Assembly: GCF_902713615.1 (NCBI RefSeq) | Contig: NC_052149.1 | Coordinates: forward strand, 59,881,443-59,945,442 | Direction of reading: 5' to 3' | Source of the DNA: Scyliorhinus canicula | Taxonomy: Eukaryota | DNA length: 64,000 bases | In this document: positions 1 to 9,295 of the stretch, piece by piece | Layout of the letters: each line of letters begins with the position of its first letter | Position numbering within the stretch: the stretch's first letter is position 1 | The notes under the pieces: model-generated | What the model saw: only the letters and a program-made list of their open reading frames with translations | Databases searched by the model: none | Told to the model about the DNA's origin: nothing | Position numbers and translations under genes: made by a program

Positions 1-454
1 AAAAATATTTCTGGTTAAGCACCTGGTTTCCATTAAAAGTTAGAAGGGACAGGCATGATGGTGAGCTGGACATTTCCTGTGTAGCATTGAATTTCACATC
101 TTCCATGTCTATTTTACAAATTTAGATATCAATAGCTATAAAGATACAGCTAAATAAATACTGCTGTCCCAAAACTTTGAATATGTACAAAATGTGTTTC
201 TAAAAATTATTCAAACATCATTCTTCTACTAGATTTTCCAGTTAACTATCATAAAGGTTGCATTTGACAAATTACCAAGTACTGCTTCCTTAACAAGCAT
301 GGCTACAAAAAAAGTTCAACTCACATTAAACAATTGCTGTAATTATATTGAATGATTGACACTCAACCTTTGTCACAAAACTGCCTCATTAGCACAATAG
401 GTTAGACAGCTTTCAGACCATTGCAACAGCAGTGAATGAGATCAACATCCTTAC

Positions 455-524
455 CTCGCTAGAATGAGAGCTGGATGGTACAGGATAAGGAGTAACTGCC
501 ATTTGATTAACCGCATCTTCATTC
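455..524 (-). CDS. PATJ: PATJ coding exon ([24 protein letters not shown])
   Basis: 70 nt, tatgcag| acceptor and GAG|gtaagg donor; phase 2 in matches the preceding exon. [13 protein letters not shown] is the PATJ post-PDZ sequence. Confidence 0.92.
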
Positions 525-569
525 CTGCATAAAGTAAGAAAATAATTCAGAAATACAATTCTTAAAATA

Positions 570-1130
570 ATTATATAGAGCCTTGATTAGACCATTCCTG
601 GAGCACTGTGTGCAGCCTTGGTTTCCTTACCCAAGGAAGGCTATATTTGCCTGGGTGGGAGTGCAAATAATGCTGACTGGACTGATTCCTGGGATGACAG
701 GGTTGTCCTAGAAGGCGAGATTAAGTAGACTGGTCCTTTATTCCGACAGTTTAGAAAAATGAGAGATGATCTCTTTGAAATATTAAAAATTATCAGCGGT
801 TTTTTGGGTTGATGCAGGGAGGATGTTTCCACTGACACAGGAACCTAGAACTAGGGGTCATAATCACAGAATAGGTTCGGCAATTTCGGAAAAACAATCG
901 ACAGGAATTTCTTTAATCAAAGGGTTTTTAACCTTTGGCATTCTCTACTCTGAGAACTGTGCTTGGAGGATATTCAAGATAAAGGATCAATAGATTTTTG
1001 AATGCTTATGGAATCAAGGCTTTTGTGGATAATGTTTGAAGATGGAACATTGAAGATCAGTCATGGTATCAGTGACTGATGGAGCAGGCTGTAAGGATAA
1101 AAAGCCTATTCTTGCTCTTATTTATATTGT
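570..1130 (+). mobile_element. Degraded CR1-type LINE 3' fragment
   Basis: Decayed RT C-terminal sequence (ttagaccattcctggagcactgtgtgcagccttgg ... agagatgatctctttgaaatattaaaa) and a CR1-like 3' UTR. Confidence 0.65.
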
Positions 1131-1971
1131 CTATGTTATTTATGTAAGAAACAATCATATATATATTTCACTTTAATTTATTGCAAAAAATACTATTAGA
1201 TTCCAAACTTTGGAGAGCAGCTGTAGTTGATACATATCATTCTGCTCATATTTACACCTAATTGCTGTATATAAATAAAGAAATGAATGGTAGATCCAAC
1301 TTAAAAATCTTGTAGATGTGGGGCTTAAGTGTGTTGTGTGTAAGAACTGGCCTATGCTAATGATCCCCATTAATCTTTCAGAACTATTCTGATGTTTAAA
1401 TCAGAGTATTGCTCAAAACTCATGCAAGAAATGCACACAATGCATCACAAGCTGTTTAAAATATATGGGGATGTCAAAAGCCTAGCCCCAGAATAAATGT
1501 AGATTGTAAAAATGAAGGGGGAAAGAGACTGGAGAGATTAAAGGTAGTGGAAATATTATTAAAACGTTTTAATTAACCCAATTATTTAGTCAATAATATA
1601 TTAGTGGTTGGATCATATTATAATTAAGCTCTGTAAGAAACCAGAAGAATGAGGTGAAATAAGAACACAAGTGCTGGAAAAATGCAGGCAGCATCTGTGT
1701 TGAGAAACAGAGTTACCATTTCAAGTTGATGACCTTTCATTGGTTCTAATGAATTCACATGTAAATTTGGTGACTATCTGAAATTTTTTTTAAAGGTAAT
1801 GATGTGTACCTCACAGCATATGATCAGCTCTAGGTATGCCCATTTATAAACATTTAAACATAGGCGGGACACTTATTTTGTTTGATATAAATTTGGTGCA
1901 GCTTTCTTAAATTACTAAAATGAAAAGTTAGTGCTAGTAACAGGCAGGTGGGGCAATAGCAGCAACGTGTG

Positions 1972-2021
1972 GAGATAGTGGCATAGGTAATGTCACTAGA
2001 TTAGTAATCGAAAGGCCCAGG
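1972..2021 (+). mobile_element. 5' part of a tRNA-derived SINE split by the LTR element (resumes at 7397-7710)
   Basis: A-box-like head gtggcataggtaatgtcactaga...ggcccagg continues seamlessly after the LTR element as ctaatgttctgggcacatgg. Confidence 0.7.
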
Positions 2022-2275
2022 TGTGATGATATGATCTGCATACTCGTCTGCCATTGGGCCAGAACGTCGGCTTACCATTGGCCCTGGTCGGTCATGTGCC
2101 TCTCGACCGATTGGCCGAGAGGCTGAGTTAACCACGCCTCTATCAACGAGGTATAAATGCTCAGAAGCCTGACGATCGGCCTTTTCCACTGTAGACGATC
2201 GCCAGGCTGTGTTCTAGTTAATTAAAGCCTGACATTGGTAAATCACTCGCCTCGCGTGCAATTGATGGTGCATCA
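2022..2275 (+). repeat. 5' LTR (254 bp)
   Basis: No difference from 7143-7396 found by eye; TATAAAT at 2152-2158, ATTAAA at 2221-2226, several ATTGG (reverse CCAAT) motifs. Confidence 0.96.
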
Positions 2276-2299
2276 ATTTAATTAACTACAACTTTGAAG

Positions 2300-5200
2300 A
2301 TGGAGTTCCGCATCAAGCCCGAATGCCTCCGCATCAGCCCGCAAACTCTGAACTCTACAGAACTCTTTAAGCTCTGGCTGACTTGCCTCGAAGGGTTCCT
2401 GGCATCTACAACCGACTCCCCCACCGGGGCACAGAAGCTGCACGTCCTCCACTCCAGCGTGGGTATTGCCGCTTACTCAATAATCGAAGACGAAACAGAC
2501 TATGATGAAGCTATACGGAAGCTAAAAGGACAATTCCTCAAACCCATCAACAGGGTATTCGCTCGACATCTGCTGGCCACCAGAAAGCAGGTCCCCGGTG
2601 AGTCTCTAGACCAATACGCCCGGGCCCTCTGTGCCCTGGGGAGAGGTTGCGCCTGTGAAGCGGTGTCCGCTACAGAGCACATGGAGCTACTCGTCAGAGA
2701 CGCTTACGTGGCTGGGATGCTGTCCCCCGTGATCCGCCAGCGGATGCTGGAAAGGGACGAACTCAGTTTAACGGAGACACTGACTCTCTCCGCCTCCCTG
2801 GAGGTCGCAGATCAAAGCGCGCGCACCTATGACCCTGGCCAGGCCGCCTCCTGGCACGCTTCCCACCAGCTACCCACCGCTCCCGGCCTCCCTCAGGCTT
2901 GTGCCGCGGGGCGCCCCGATAAATCCGCGGGGCCCCGCTGCTACTTTTGTGGGTACGCTAAGCACCCTCGCTCGCGCTGCCCAGCCCGCTCCGCCCTCTG
3001 TAAGAGCTGCGGGAAGAAGGGCCACTACTCCACGGTCTGCCAGGCCAAAACGCTGGCTGCAGCGCTTCTGGAAGCTGCACAGCACTCTCCCCCCCTCCCC
3101 CAGGCCTCTGCAAACGGCCTGTGTGCCTCCCTCTCTCCCCCAGGGCCGCCCCAGCTGCTCCCGACTCGCGCCCCGCCGGCCGACATGCGCACCTCCCCGG
3201 CCCCTCCAGGCCTCTGCCTGCCCGCCGCGCACGTTTCTCCCCCCCGCCCCCGGGCCCCGGCGCCCGACCGGCTCGCCTCTCCGGGCCTCCCTGGTCCCTG
3301 CCTGCCCGCAGCGGCCCTGCTTCCCTCGCTCCCGGACCCCGGCTCCCCCCACCCCCGGGCCCCGGCGCCCGACCGGCTCGCCTCTCCGGGCCCCCCGGTC
3401 CCTGCCTGCCCGCAGCGCGACTCGGCTCCCCCCCGACCCCGGCCCCCCGCACCCGGCCCGCGCGCCTTACCTCCGCCCACAGCTGATGCACCTAGCCGGC
3501 GTCCTGGAGCCGGCTTCCGCATCCCCACAGCTGATGCACCTAGCCGGCGTCCTGGAGCCGGCTTCCGCATCCCCACAGCTGATGCACCTAGCCGGCGTCC
3601 TGGAGCCGGCTTGTGCATCCCCACAGCTGATGCACCTAGCCGGCGTCCTGGAGCCGGCTTCCGCATCCCCACAGCTGATGCACCTAGCCGGCGTCCTGGA
3701 GCCGGCTTGTGCATCCCCGCAGCTGATGCCGGTCACTCACCTCTTGGAGCCGGCCTGCGCGCCTCTCCGCTCACAGCGCCGGGAACGCTAGCTCCGCCTC
3801 CAGCGGCCACGAGGGCTTCCTGGGCGCCGCCATCTTGGGGTGCCGACCCCACGTGCGGGTCCTGGGCGCCGCCATCTTGGGGCCCCGACCCCACGTGCGG
3901 GTCCTGGGCGCCGCCATCTTGGGGAACAGACCTCACCTGGGGATCCTGGCCACCGGCTTCCACATCTGCCACGCAAGGTCCCTCCAGCATGGAATCGGAC
4001 AGCGACGACGGATTTTCTCCACGGCTCGCGGCCGTTCACCCCACATATGGATCCTGGCCACCGACTTCCACATCTGCCACGCAAGGTCCCTCCAGCATGG
4101 AATCGGACAGCGACGACGGATTTTCTCCACGGCTCGCGGCCGTTCAACTCGACCAGTCTCATCCACGCACGCTCGCCAAAACGACTACGCTGATCCACCT
4201 CAACGGCCACAAGACGGACTGCCTGCTGGACTCCGGGAGCACGGAAAGCTTCGTTCACCCTGACACGGTAAGACGCTGCGCGCTCCCTGTCCATCCCGTA
4301 ACACGCAAAATCGGTTTAGCCTCAGGTTCGCACTCCGTCCACATCACCGGGTGCTGCATCGCGGACCTCACGGTCCAAGGGAAGGTTTTTAAAAATTATA
4401 AATTCCTTGTCCTCCCTGACCTTTGCGCACCGGCACTCCTAGGACTGGACTTCCAGTGCAACCTGCAGAGCTTGACTTTTCAATTCGGCGGCCCTATACC
4501 CCCCCTCACTGTCTGCAGCCTCGCGTCCCTCAAAGTAGACCCTCCCTCCCTGTTTGCTAACCTCACCCCCGATTGCAAACCCGTCGCCACACGGAGCAGA
4601 CGGTACAGCGCCCAGGACCGATCCTTCATCAGGTCCGAGGTCCAGAGGTTGCTGACGGAAGGGGTCATCGAGGCCAGCAACAGTCCCTGGCGAGCCCAAG
4701 TGCTGGTGGTCCGGACGGGGGAGAAAAACCGGATGGTCATCGATTATAGCCAAACCATCAATCGGTTTACGCAACTGGACGCGTATCCTCTCCCCCGTAT
4801 CTCTACCATGGTAAACGAGATCGCGAGATACAAGGTCTTCTCAACTGTGGACCTTAAGTCCGCTTATCACCAGCTCCCCATCCGCGCGAGTGACCGACTG
4901 TACACCGCGTTCGAGGCTGACGGGCGCCTCTACCACTTCCTTAGGGTTCCGTTTGGCGTCACGAATGGGGTCTCGGTCTTCCAAAGGGAGATGGACCGAA
5001 TGGTCGACAAGTACGGATTACAGGCTACCTTCCCGTACCTTGATAATGTCACCATCTGCGGCCACGACCAGCAGGACCATGACGCCAACCTCCAGAAATT
5101 CCTCCAAACCGCAAAACTCCTTAACCTCACGTACAATAAGGATAAATGCGTGTTTAGCACCGACCGCCTAGCCATCCTCGGCTACGTAGTGCGTAACGGA

Positions 5201-6943
5201 GTGATAGGCCCCGACCCCGAACGCATGCGCCCCCTGATGGAACTCCCTCTCCCAAATACCCCCAAATCCCTCAAACGCTGCCTAGGGTTCTTCGCATACT
5301 ACGCCCAATGGGTTCCCAACTACGCGGACAAGGCCCGTCCCCTCATGCAAACCACGACCTTCCCGCCGTCGACGGAGGCCTGCCAGGCCTTTAGCCGCAT
5401 CAAAGCGGACATCGCAAAGGCCACGATGCGTGCCATCGACGAGGCCCTCCCCTTCCAGGTCGAGAGCGATGCTTCAGAAGTAGCTCTGGCGGCCACCCTG
5501 AACCAAGCGGGCAGACCCGTGGCCTTCTTCTCCAGAACTCTCCAGGCTTCCGAACTCCGCCACCCATCTGTGGAAAAGGAAGCCCAGGCCATAGTCGAAG
5601 CCGTGCGACATTGGAGGCACTATTTGGCCGGCAGGAGGTTTACCCTCCTCACAGACCAACGGTCAGTAGCCTTCATGTTTGATAATGCACAAAGGGGCAA
5701 GATCAAAAATGACAAGATTTTACGGTGGCGGATCGAGTTGTCCACGTACAACTATGATATCTTGTATCGTCCTGGGAAGCTCAATGAGCCTCCTGATGCC
5801 CTGTCCCGCGGTACCTGCGCCAGCACGCAGATAGACCGCCTCCGCTCCCTCCACGCAGACCTCTGCCATCCAGGGGTGACCCGCCTACACCACTTCATTA
5901 AGGCCCGCAACCTGCCCTACTCTATCGAGGAAGTCAGGACAGTAACCCGTGACTGCCACATCTGCGCCGAGTGCAAACCGCACTTCTACCGCCCCGAGCG
6001 CGCACACCTGATCAAAGCATCCCGCCCCTTTGAACGTCTCAGCATTGACTTCAAGGGGCCCCTTCCCTCTAACAACCGCAACATTTACTTCCTGGCGGTT
6101 ATCGACGAACACTCCCGCTTCCCCTTCGCCATTCCCTGTCCCGACATGACCACATCGACCGTCATTAAGGCCCTACTCTCCATCTTCTCACTGTTCGGCT
6201 ACCCCGCGTACATTCACAGCGATCGGGGGTCCTCATTTATGAGCGACGAGCTGCGTCAATTCCTGCTTGACAGGGGCATCGCCTCTAGCAGGACGACCAG
6301 CTATAACCCCCGGGGTAACGGACAGGTCGAGCGGGAGAATGGTACCATCTGGAAGACCATACTACTAGCCCTCCGGTCTAGAAATCTCCCTATTTCCCGA
6401 TGGCAAGAGGTGCTTCCCGATGCACTGCACTCTATCCGCTCACTCCTCTGTACTGCAACTAATCAGACACCTCATGAGCGTCTTCTTGTTTTCCCCAGGA
6501 AGTCGTCCTCTGGATCCCCTCTCCCGACGTGGCTGGTCACCCCCGGACCCATCTTGCTCCGGAAGCATGTGCGGGTGCACAAGTCCGATCCGTTGGTGGA
6601 GCATGTCCAGTTACTCCACGCTAACCCGCAGTATGCGTATGTGGAGTACCCCGACGGTCGGCAGGACACGGTCTCCCTCCGGGACCTGGCACCCGCCGGC
6701 GTGCAGCCCCCCCCCACCACAGACCCCCCCTCCCCTTTTTCACCCCAGCACCCCACTCAGCTTCCCCATCCCTCATCCATGGCGTCTCCACGGCCAGCTC
6801 AGGTGACGGAGACTACTCGAGGTCTATCGCTCCCGGACTCCAGGACATCAGCAGGACCATCAGCCGATCCGACGACTCCTCCTCCACTACGGCGCTCGGC
6901 CAGGACGTCAAGGACCACCAAACGACTGATCGAATCCATCTAG
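2300..6943 (+). CDS. Gag-Pol polyprotein (1547 aa from ATG 2300)
   Basis: Two Zn knuckles (CYFCGYAKHPRSRC, CKSCGKKGHYSTVC), protease LLDSGS, RT (DLKSAYHQ, VPFG, YLDN), RNase H (SDAS, EKEAQA, TDQRS), integrase HHCC (HADLCH...CHIC) and DDE (IDFKG, SDRG, GQVER). No chromodomain or env. The ORF-track start at 2294 is a TTG. Confidence 0.96.
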   Translation: MEFRIKPECLRISPQTLNSTELFKLWLTCLEGFLASTTDSPTGAQKLHVLHSSVGIAAYSIIEDETDYDEAIRKLKGQFLKPINRVFARHLLATRKQVPGESLDQYARALCALGRGCACEAVSATEHMELLVRDAYVAGMLSPVIRQRMLERDELSLTETLTLSASLEVADQSARTYDPGQAASWHASHQLPTAPGLPQACAAGRPDKSAGPRCYFCGYAKHPRSRCPARSALCKSCGKKGHYSTVCQAKTLAAALLEAAQHSPPLPQASANGLCASLSPPGPPQLLPTRAPPADMRTSPAPPGLCLPAAHVSPPRPRAPAPDRLASPGLPGPCLPAAALLPSLPDPGSPHPRAPAPDRLASPGPPVPACPQRDSAPPRPRPPAPGPRALPPPTADAPSRRPGAGFRIPTADAPSRRPGAGFRIPTADAPSRRPGAGLCIPTADAPSRRPGAGFRIPTADAPSRRPGAGLCIPAADAGHSPLGAGLRASPLTAPGTLAPPPAATRASWAPPSWGADPTCGSWAPPSWGPDPTCGSWAPPSWGTDLTWGSWPPASTSATQGPSSMESDSDDGFSPRLAAVHPTYGSWPPTSTSATQGPSSMESDSDDGFSPRLAAVQLDQSHPRTLAKTTTLIHLNGHKTDCLLDSGSTESFVHPDTVRRCALPVHPVTRKIGLASGSHSVHITGCCIADLTVQGKVFKNYKFLVLPDLCAPALLGLDFQCNLQSLTFQFGGPIPPLTVCSLASLKVDPPSLFANLTPDCKPVATRSRRYSAQDRSFIRSEVQRLLTEGVIEASNSPWRAQVLVVRTGEKNRMVIDYSQTINRFTQLDAYPLPRISTMVNEIARYKVFSTVDLKSAYHQLPIRASDRLYTAFEADGRLYHFLRVPFGVTNGVSVFQREMDRMVDKYGLQATFPYLDNVTICGHDQQDHDANLQKFLQTAKLLNLTYNKDKCVFSTDRLAILGYVVRNGVIGPDPERMRPLMELPLPNTPKSLKRCLGFFAYYAQWVPNYADKARPLMQTTTFPPSTEACQAFSRIKADIAKATMRAIDEALPFQVESDASEVALAATLNQAGRPVAFFSRTLQASELRHPSVEKEAQAIVEAVRHWRHYLAGRRFTLLTDQRSVAFMFDNAQRGKIKNDKILRWRIELSTYNYDILYRPGKLNEPPDALSRGTCASTQIDRLRSLHADLCHPGVTRLHHFIKARNLPYSIEEVRTVTRDCHICAECKPHFYRPERAHLIKASRPFERLSIDFKGPLPSNNRNIYFLAVIDEHSRFPFAIPCPDMTTSTVIKALLSIFSLFGYPAYIHSDRGSSFMSDELRQFLLDRGIASSRTTSYNPRGNGQVERENGTIWKTILLALRSRNLPISRWQEVLPDALHSIRSLLCTATNQTPHERLLVFPRKSSSGSPLPTWLVTPGPILLRKHVRVHKSDPLVEHVQLLHANPQYAYVEYPDGRQDTVSLRDLAPAGVQPPPTTDPPSPFSPQHPTQLPHPSSMASPRPAQVTETTRGLSLPDSRTSAGPSADPTTPPPLRRSARTSRTTKRLIESI
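3476..4147 (+). repeat. In-frame tandem repeat arrays in the Gag-protease linker
   Basis: 48 bp x5 (3476-3715), 42 bp x3 (3818-3943), 108-bp-period x2 (3941-4147). Confidence 0.92.
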
Positions 6944-7142
6944 AGTTCTACGGTCCCATGGACTTCCTTTTGTAAATATTGTTATGTCTGGGCCAGTGGC
7001 AAGCCCCCAAATTCGACAAGGGTACGGAGAGAAAATTATTCTCCCGACGGCTACTCATATCATCAGTTCTCCCCCCCCCCCCCCCCCGGGTCTCGTTCCC
7101 ACCCCCCCCCCCCCCCCGCCTTCCTTCTCCGTAAGGGGTGAA

Positions 7143-7396
7143 TGTGATGATATGATCTGCATACTCGTCTGCCATTGGGCCAGAACGTCGGCTTACCATT
7201 GGCCCTGGTCGGTCATGTGCCTCTCGACCGATTGGCCGAGAGGCTGAGTTAACCACGCCTCTATCAACGAGGTATAAATGCTCAGAAGCCTGACGATCGG
7301 CCTTTTCCACTGTAGACGATCGCCAGGCTGTGTTCTAGTTAATTAAAGCCTGACATTGGTAAATCACTCGCCTCGCGTGCAATTGATGGTGCATCA
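7143..7396 (+). repeat. 3' LTR (254 bp)
   Basis: Matches the 5' LTR; followed by TSD CCAGG. Confidence 0.96.
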
Positions 7397-7710
7397 CCAG
7401 GCTAATGTTCTGGGCACATGGATTAAAATTCCAACATGGCAGCTGGTCGAATTTCAAATCAATTAATAAATCCGTAATAAAAAGCGAGTCATTAAGACCA
7501 TGTTGTAAGAACCCATCTGGTTCACTGATGCCCTTCGGGAAAATAAATCTGTCATGTTTATCTGGTCTGGCCTACGTGAGATACAGCAATGTGGTTGGCT
7601 TTTAATGATCCTCGAAAATGCCCAAGCAAACCATCTAGTTCAAAGGCAATTAGGGATGGGCAACAAATGCTGCCCTTCAGCAACAGCCACATCCCTTGAA
7701 AGAATAAAGC
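7397..7710 (+). mobile_element. 3' part of the split SINE, with a LINE-derived tail
   Basis: Tail ggcaattagggatgggcaacaaatgctg...cacatccc also ends LINE fragments near 17160-17210, 41470-41505, 44130-44180 and 48280-48350. Confidence 0.7.
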
Positions 7711-8069
7711 AACATGTACATGTAGACCTCTAACATTTGATGCAAAGAAAGATGTGGGAGAAAAAACCAACTAACATAAAATAAAATTAATTCACCAACC
7801 CAAGTAAATTAACAGGTGGATTTAAATCACACATGTTGCAGGAACTGATCATTTCCTTTGTATTACAAATGTAAAACTGACCAGCTGTCAAATACAACAT
7901 TTGAGCAGAAACAAATGAACACATGTGTAGACTAGATACAGACATGTGTTTCAAGAATCAGCGATATTATTAAGTGCTGAAGGCAGTGAATGAAAATAAT
8001 TCTCCAGCAGGCTGGGCAATTACCTTCACTTGTATACTCATTTAAAAAAACAAACCCTGTGACACTAGG

Positions 8070-9295
8070 GAGCTGCTGCACTGAATTAAATAGTTTCATC
8101 GCCAAAAGTATAGCAGGTAAGGCAGATGAACTTAGAGCACGGATTAGTACTTGGAAATATGATGTTGTGGGTATCACAGAAACATTGTAAAAGGAAGGGC
8201 AGGATTGGCAGCTGGATGTTGGAGGATATAGATGCTTCAGGAGAGATAGGAGGTTGGTCAAAGGGGTGGTGTAGCATTACTGGTTAAGGAGAATATTATA
8301 GCCATACTGCGGGAGGACAGCTCGGAGGGCTCAGGGGCTGGTTTAGCACACTGGGCTGAACCGCTGGCTTTTAAAGCAGACCAAGGCAGGCCAGCAGCAC
8401 GGTTCAATTCCCATACCAGCCTCCCCGAACAGGCGCCAGAATGTGGCGACTAGGGGCTTTTCACAGTAACTTCATTTGAAGCCTACTAGTGACAATAAGC
8501 GATTTTCATTTCATTTTTTCTTCATTTTTCAGAATGAGGCAATCTGGGTAAGAACTCAGGACAGGAAGGGGACAATCACAATGTTGGGGGTTTATTACAA
8601 GCCCCCCCCAACTGCCAGAGAGAGATAGAGGAGCAGATAAGTAGAGAGATTTTGGATAGGTGTAAAAGTAACAGGGTTGTCGTATTAGGAGATTTTAACT
8701 TCTCCTATATTGACTTGGACTCACTTAGTGCTGGGGGCTTGGATGGTCAGAATTTGTAAGGTGTATCCAGGAAGGCTTCTTGATGCATTATGTAGATAGT
8801 CCAACTAGGGAAGGGGCAGTACTGGACTTGGTATTGGGGAATGAAGGGGCTGGAGAGCATGCCGTCGGGCAAAGCCCTGGGGCCTGACGGCTACCCGGTG
8901 GAATTCTATAAGAAGTTTTCAGAAATATTGAGCCCACTGCTGGTGAGGACATTTCATGAAGCAAGAGAGAAGGGAGTCCTCCCCTCAACAATGTCGCAGA
9001 AACAAAAGGGTAGCAGTAGAAGGGTTTTTTTCTGAATTGAAGGTTGTGACTAGTGGTGTTCCACAGAGATCTGCCCTGGAGCCTCTGTTGTTAGTAGTAT
9101 ACATAAACGATTTGGAGGAAAATGTAGCTGGTCTGATTAGTAAGTTTGCGGATGACACCAAGGTTGGTGGAGTGGCAGATAGTGTTGAGGATTGTCAGAG
9201 GATACAGCAGGGCATAGATAGGTTGTAGACTTGGGCAGATAAATGGCAAATGGGAATTTAATTCAGACAAATGTGAGGTAATGCATTTTGGTAGG
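8070..9295 (+). mobile_element. CR1 LINE ORF2 fragments (APE start, RT) interrupted by a SINE and an L1 piece
   Basis: KADELRARISTWKYDVVGITET; VTSGVPQ...YINDL...SKFADDTKVGG. An L1 RT piece (KALGPDGYPVEFYKKF) at about 8845-8997 replaces the middle. Confidence 0.85.
8334..8530 (+). mobile_element. Short tRNA-derived SINE (about 190 bp)
   Basis: ggggctggtttagcacactggg...ggttcaattccc (A/B boxes)...gcgactaggggcttttcacagtaacttc...(tttca)n; near-identical copy at 27396-27585. Confidence 0.85.

Larger units (their letters stand above)
2022..7396 (+). mobile_element. Full-length Ty3/Gypsy LTR retrotransposon (Mag-like), apparently very recent
   Basis: TG...CA LTRs at 2022-2275 and 7143-7396; 5-bp TSD CCAGG (2017-2021, 7397-7401); single gag-PR-RT-RH-IN ORF; short purine tract AAGGGGTGAA at 7133-7142; CpG-rich in a CpG-poor host. 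Confidence 0.97.

Noticed and set aside
3476-3715. CRISPR-like appearance of regular repeats
   Set aside because: Head-to-tail coding units with no unique spacers, in a eukaryotic context.
2829-4294. Many overlapping ORFs on both strands (up to 320 aa)
   Set aside because: By-products of GC-rich, stop-poor 3n repeats inside gag-pol; no domain signatures.
8334-8420. tRNA gene-like A/B boxes here and in SINE heads
   Set aside because: Multi-copy SINE heads running into LINE-like tails; no complete cloverleaf.
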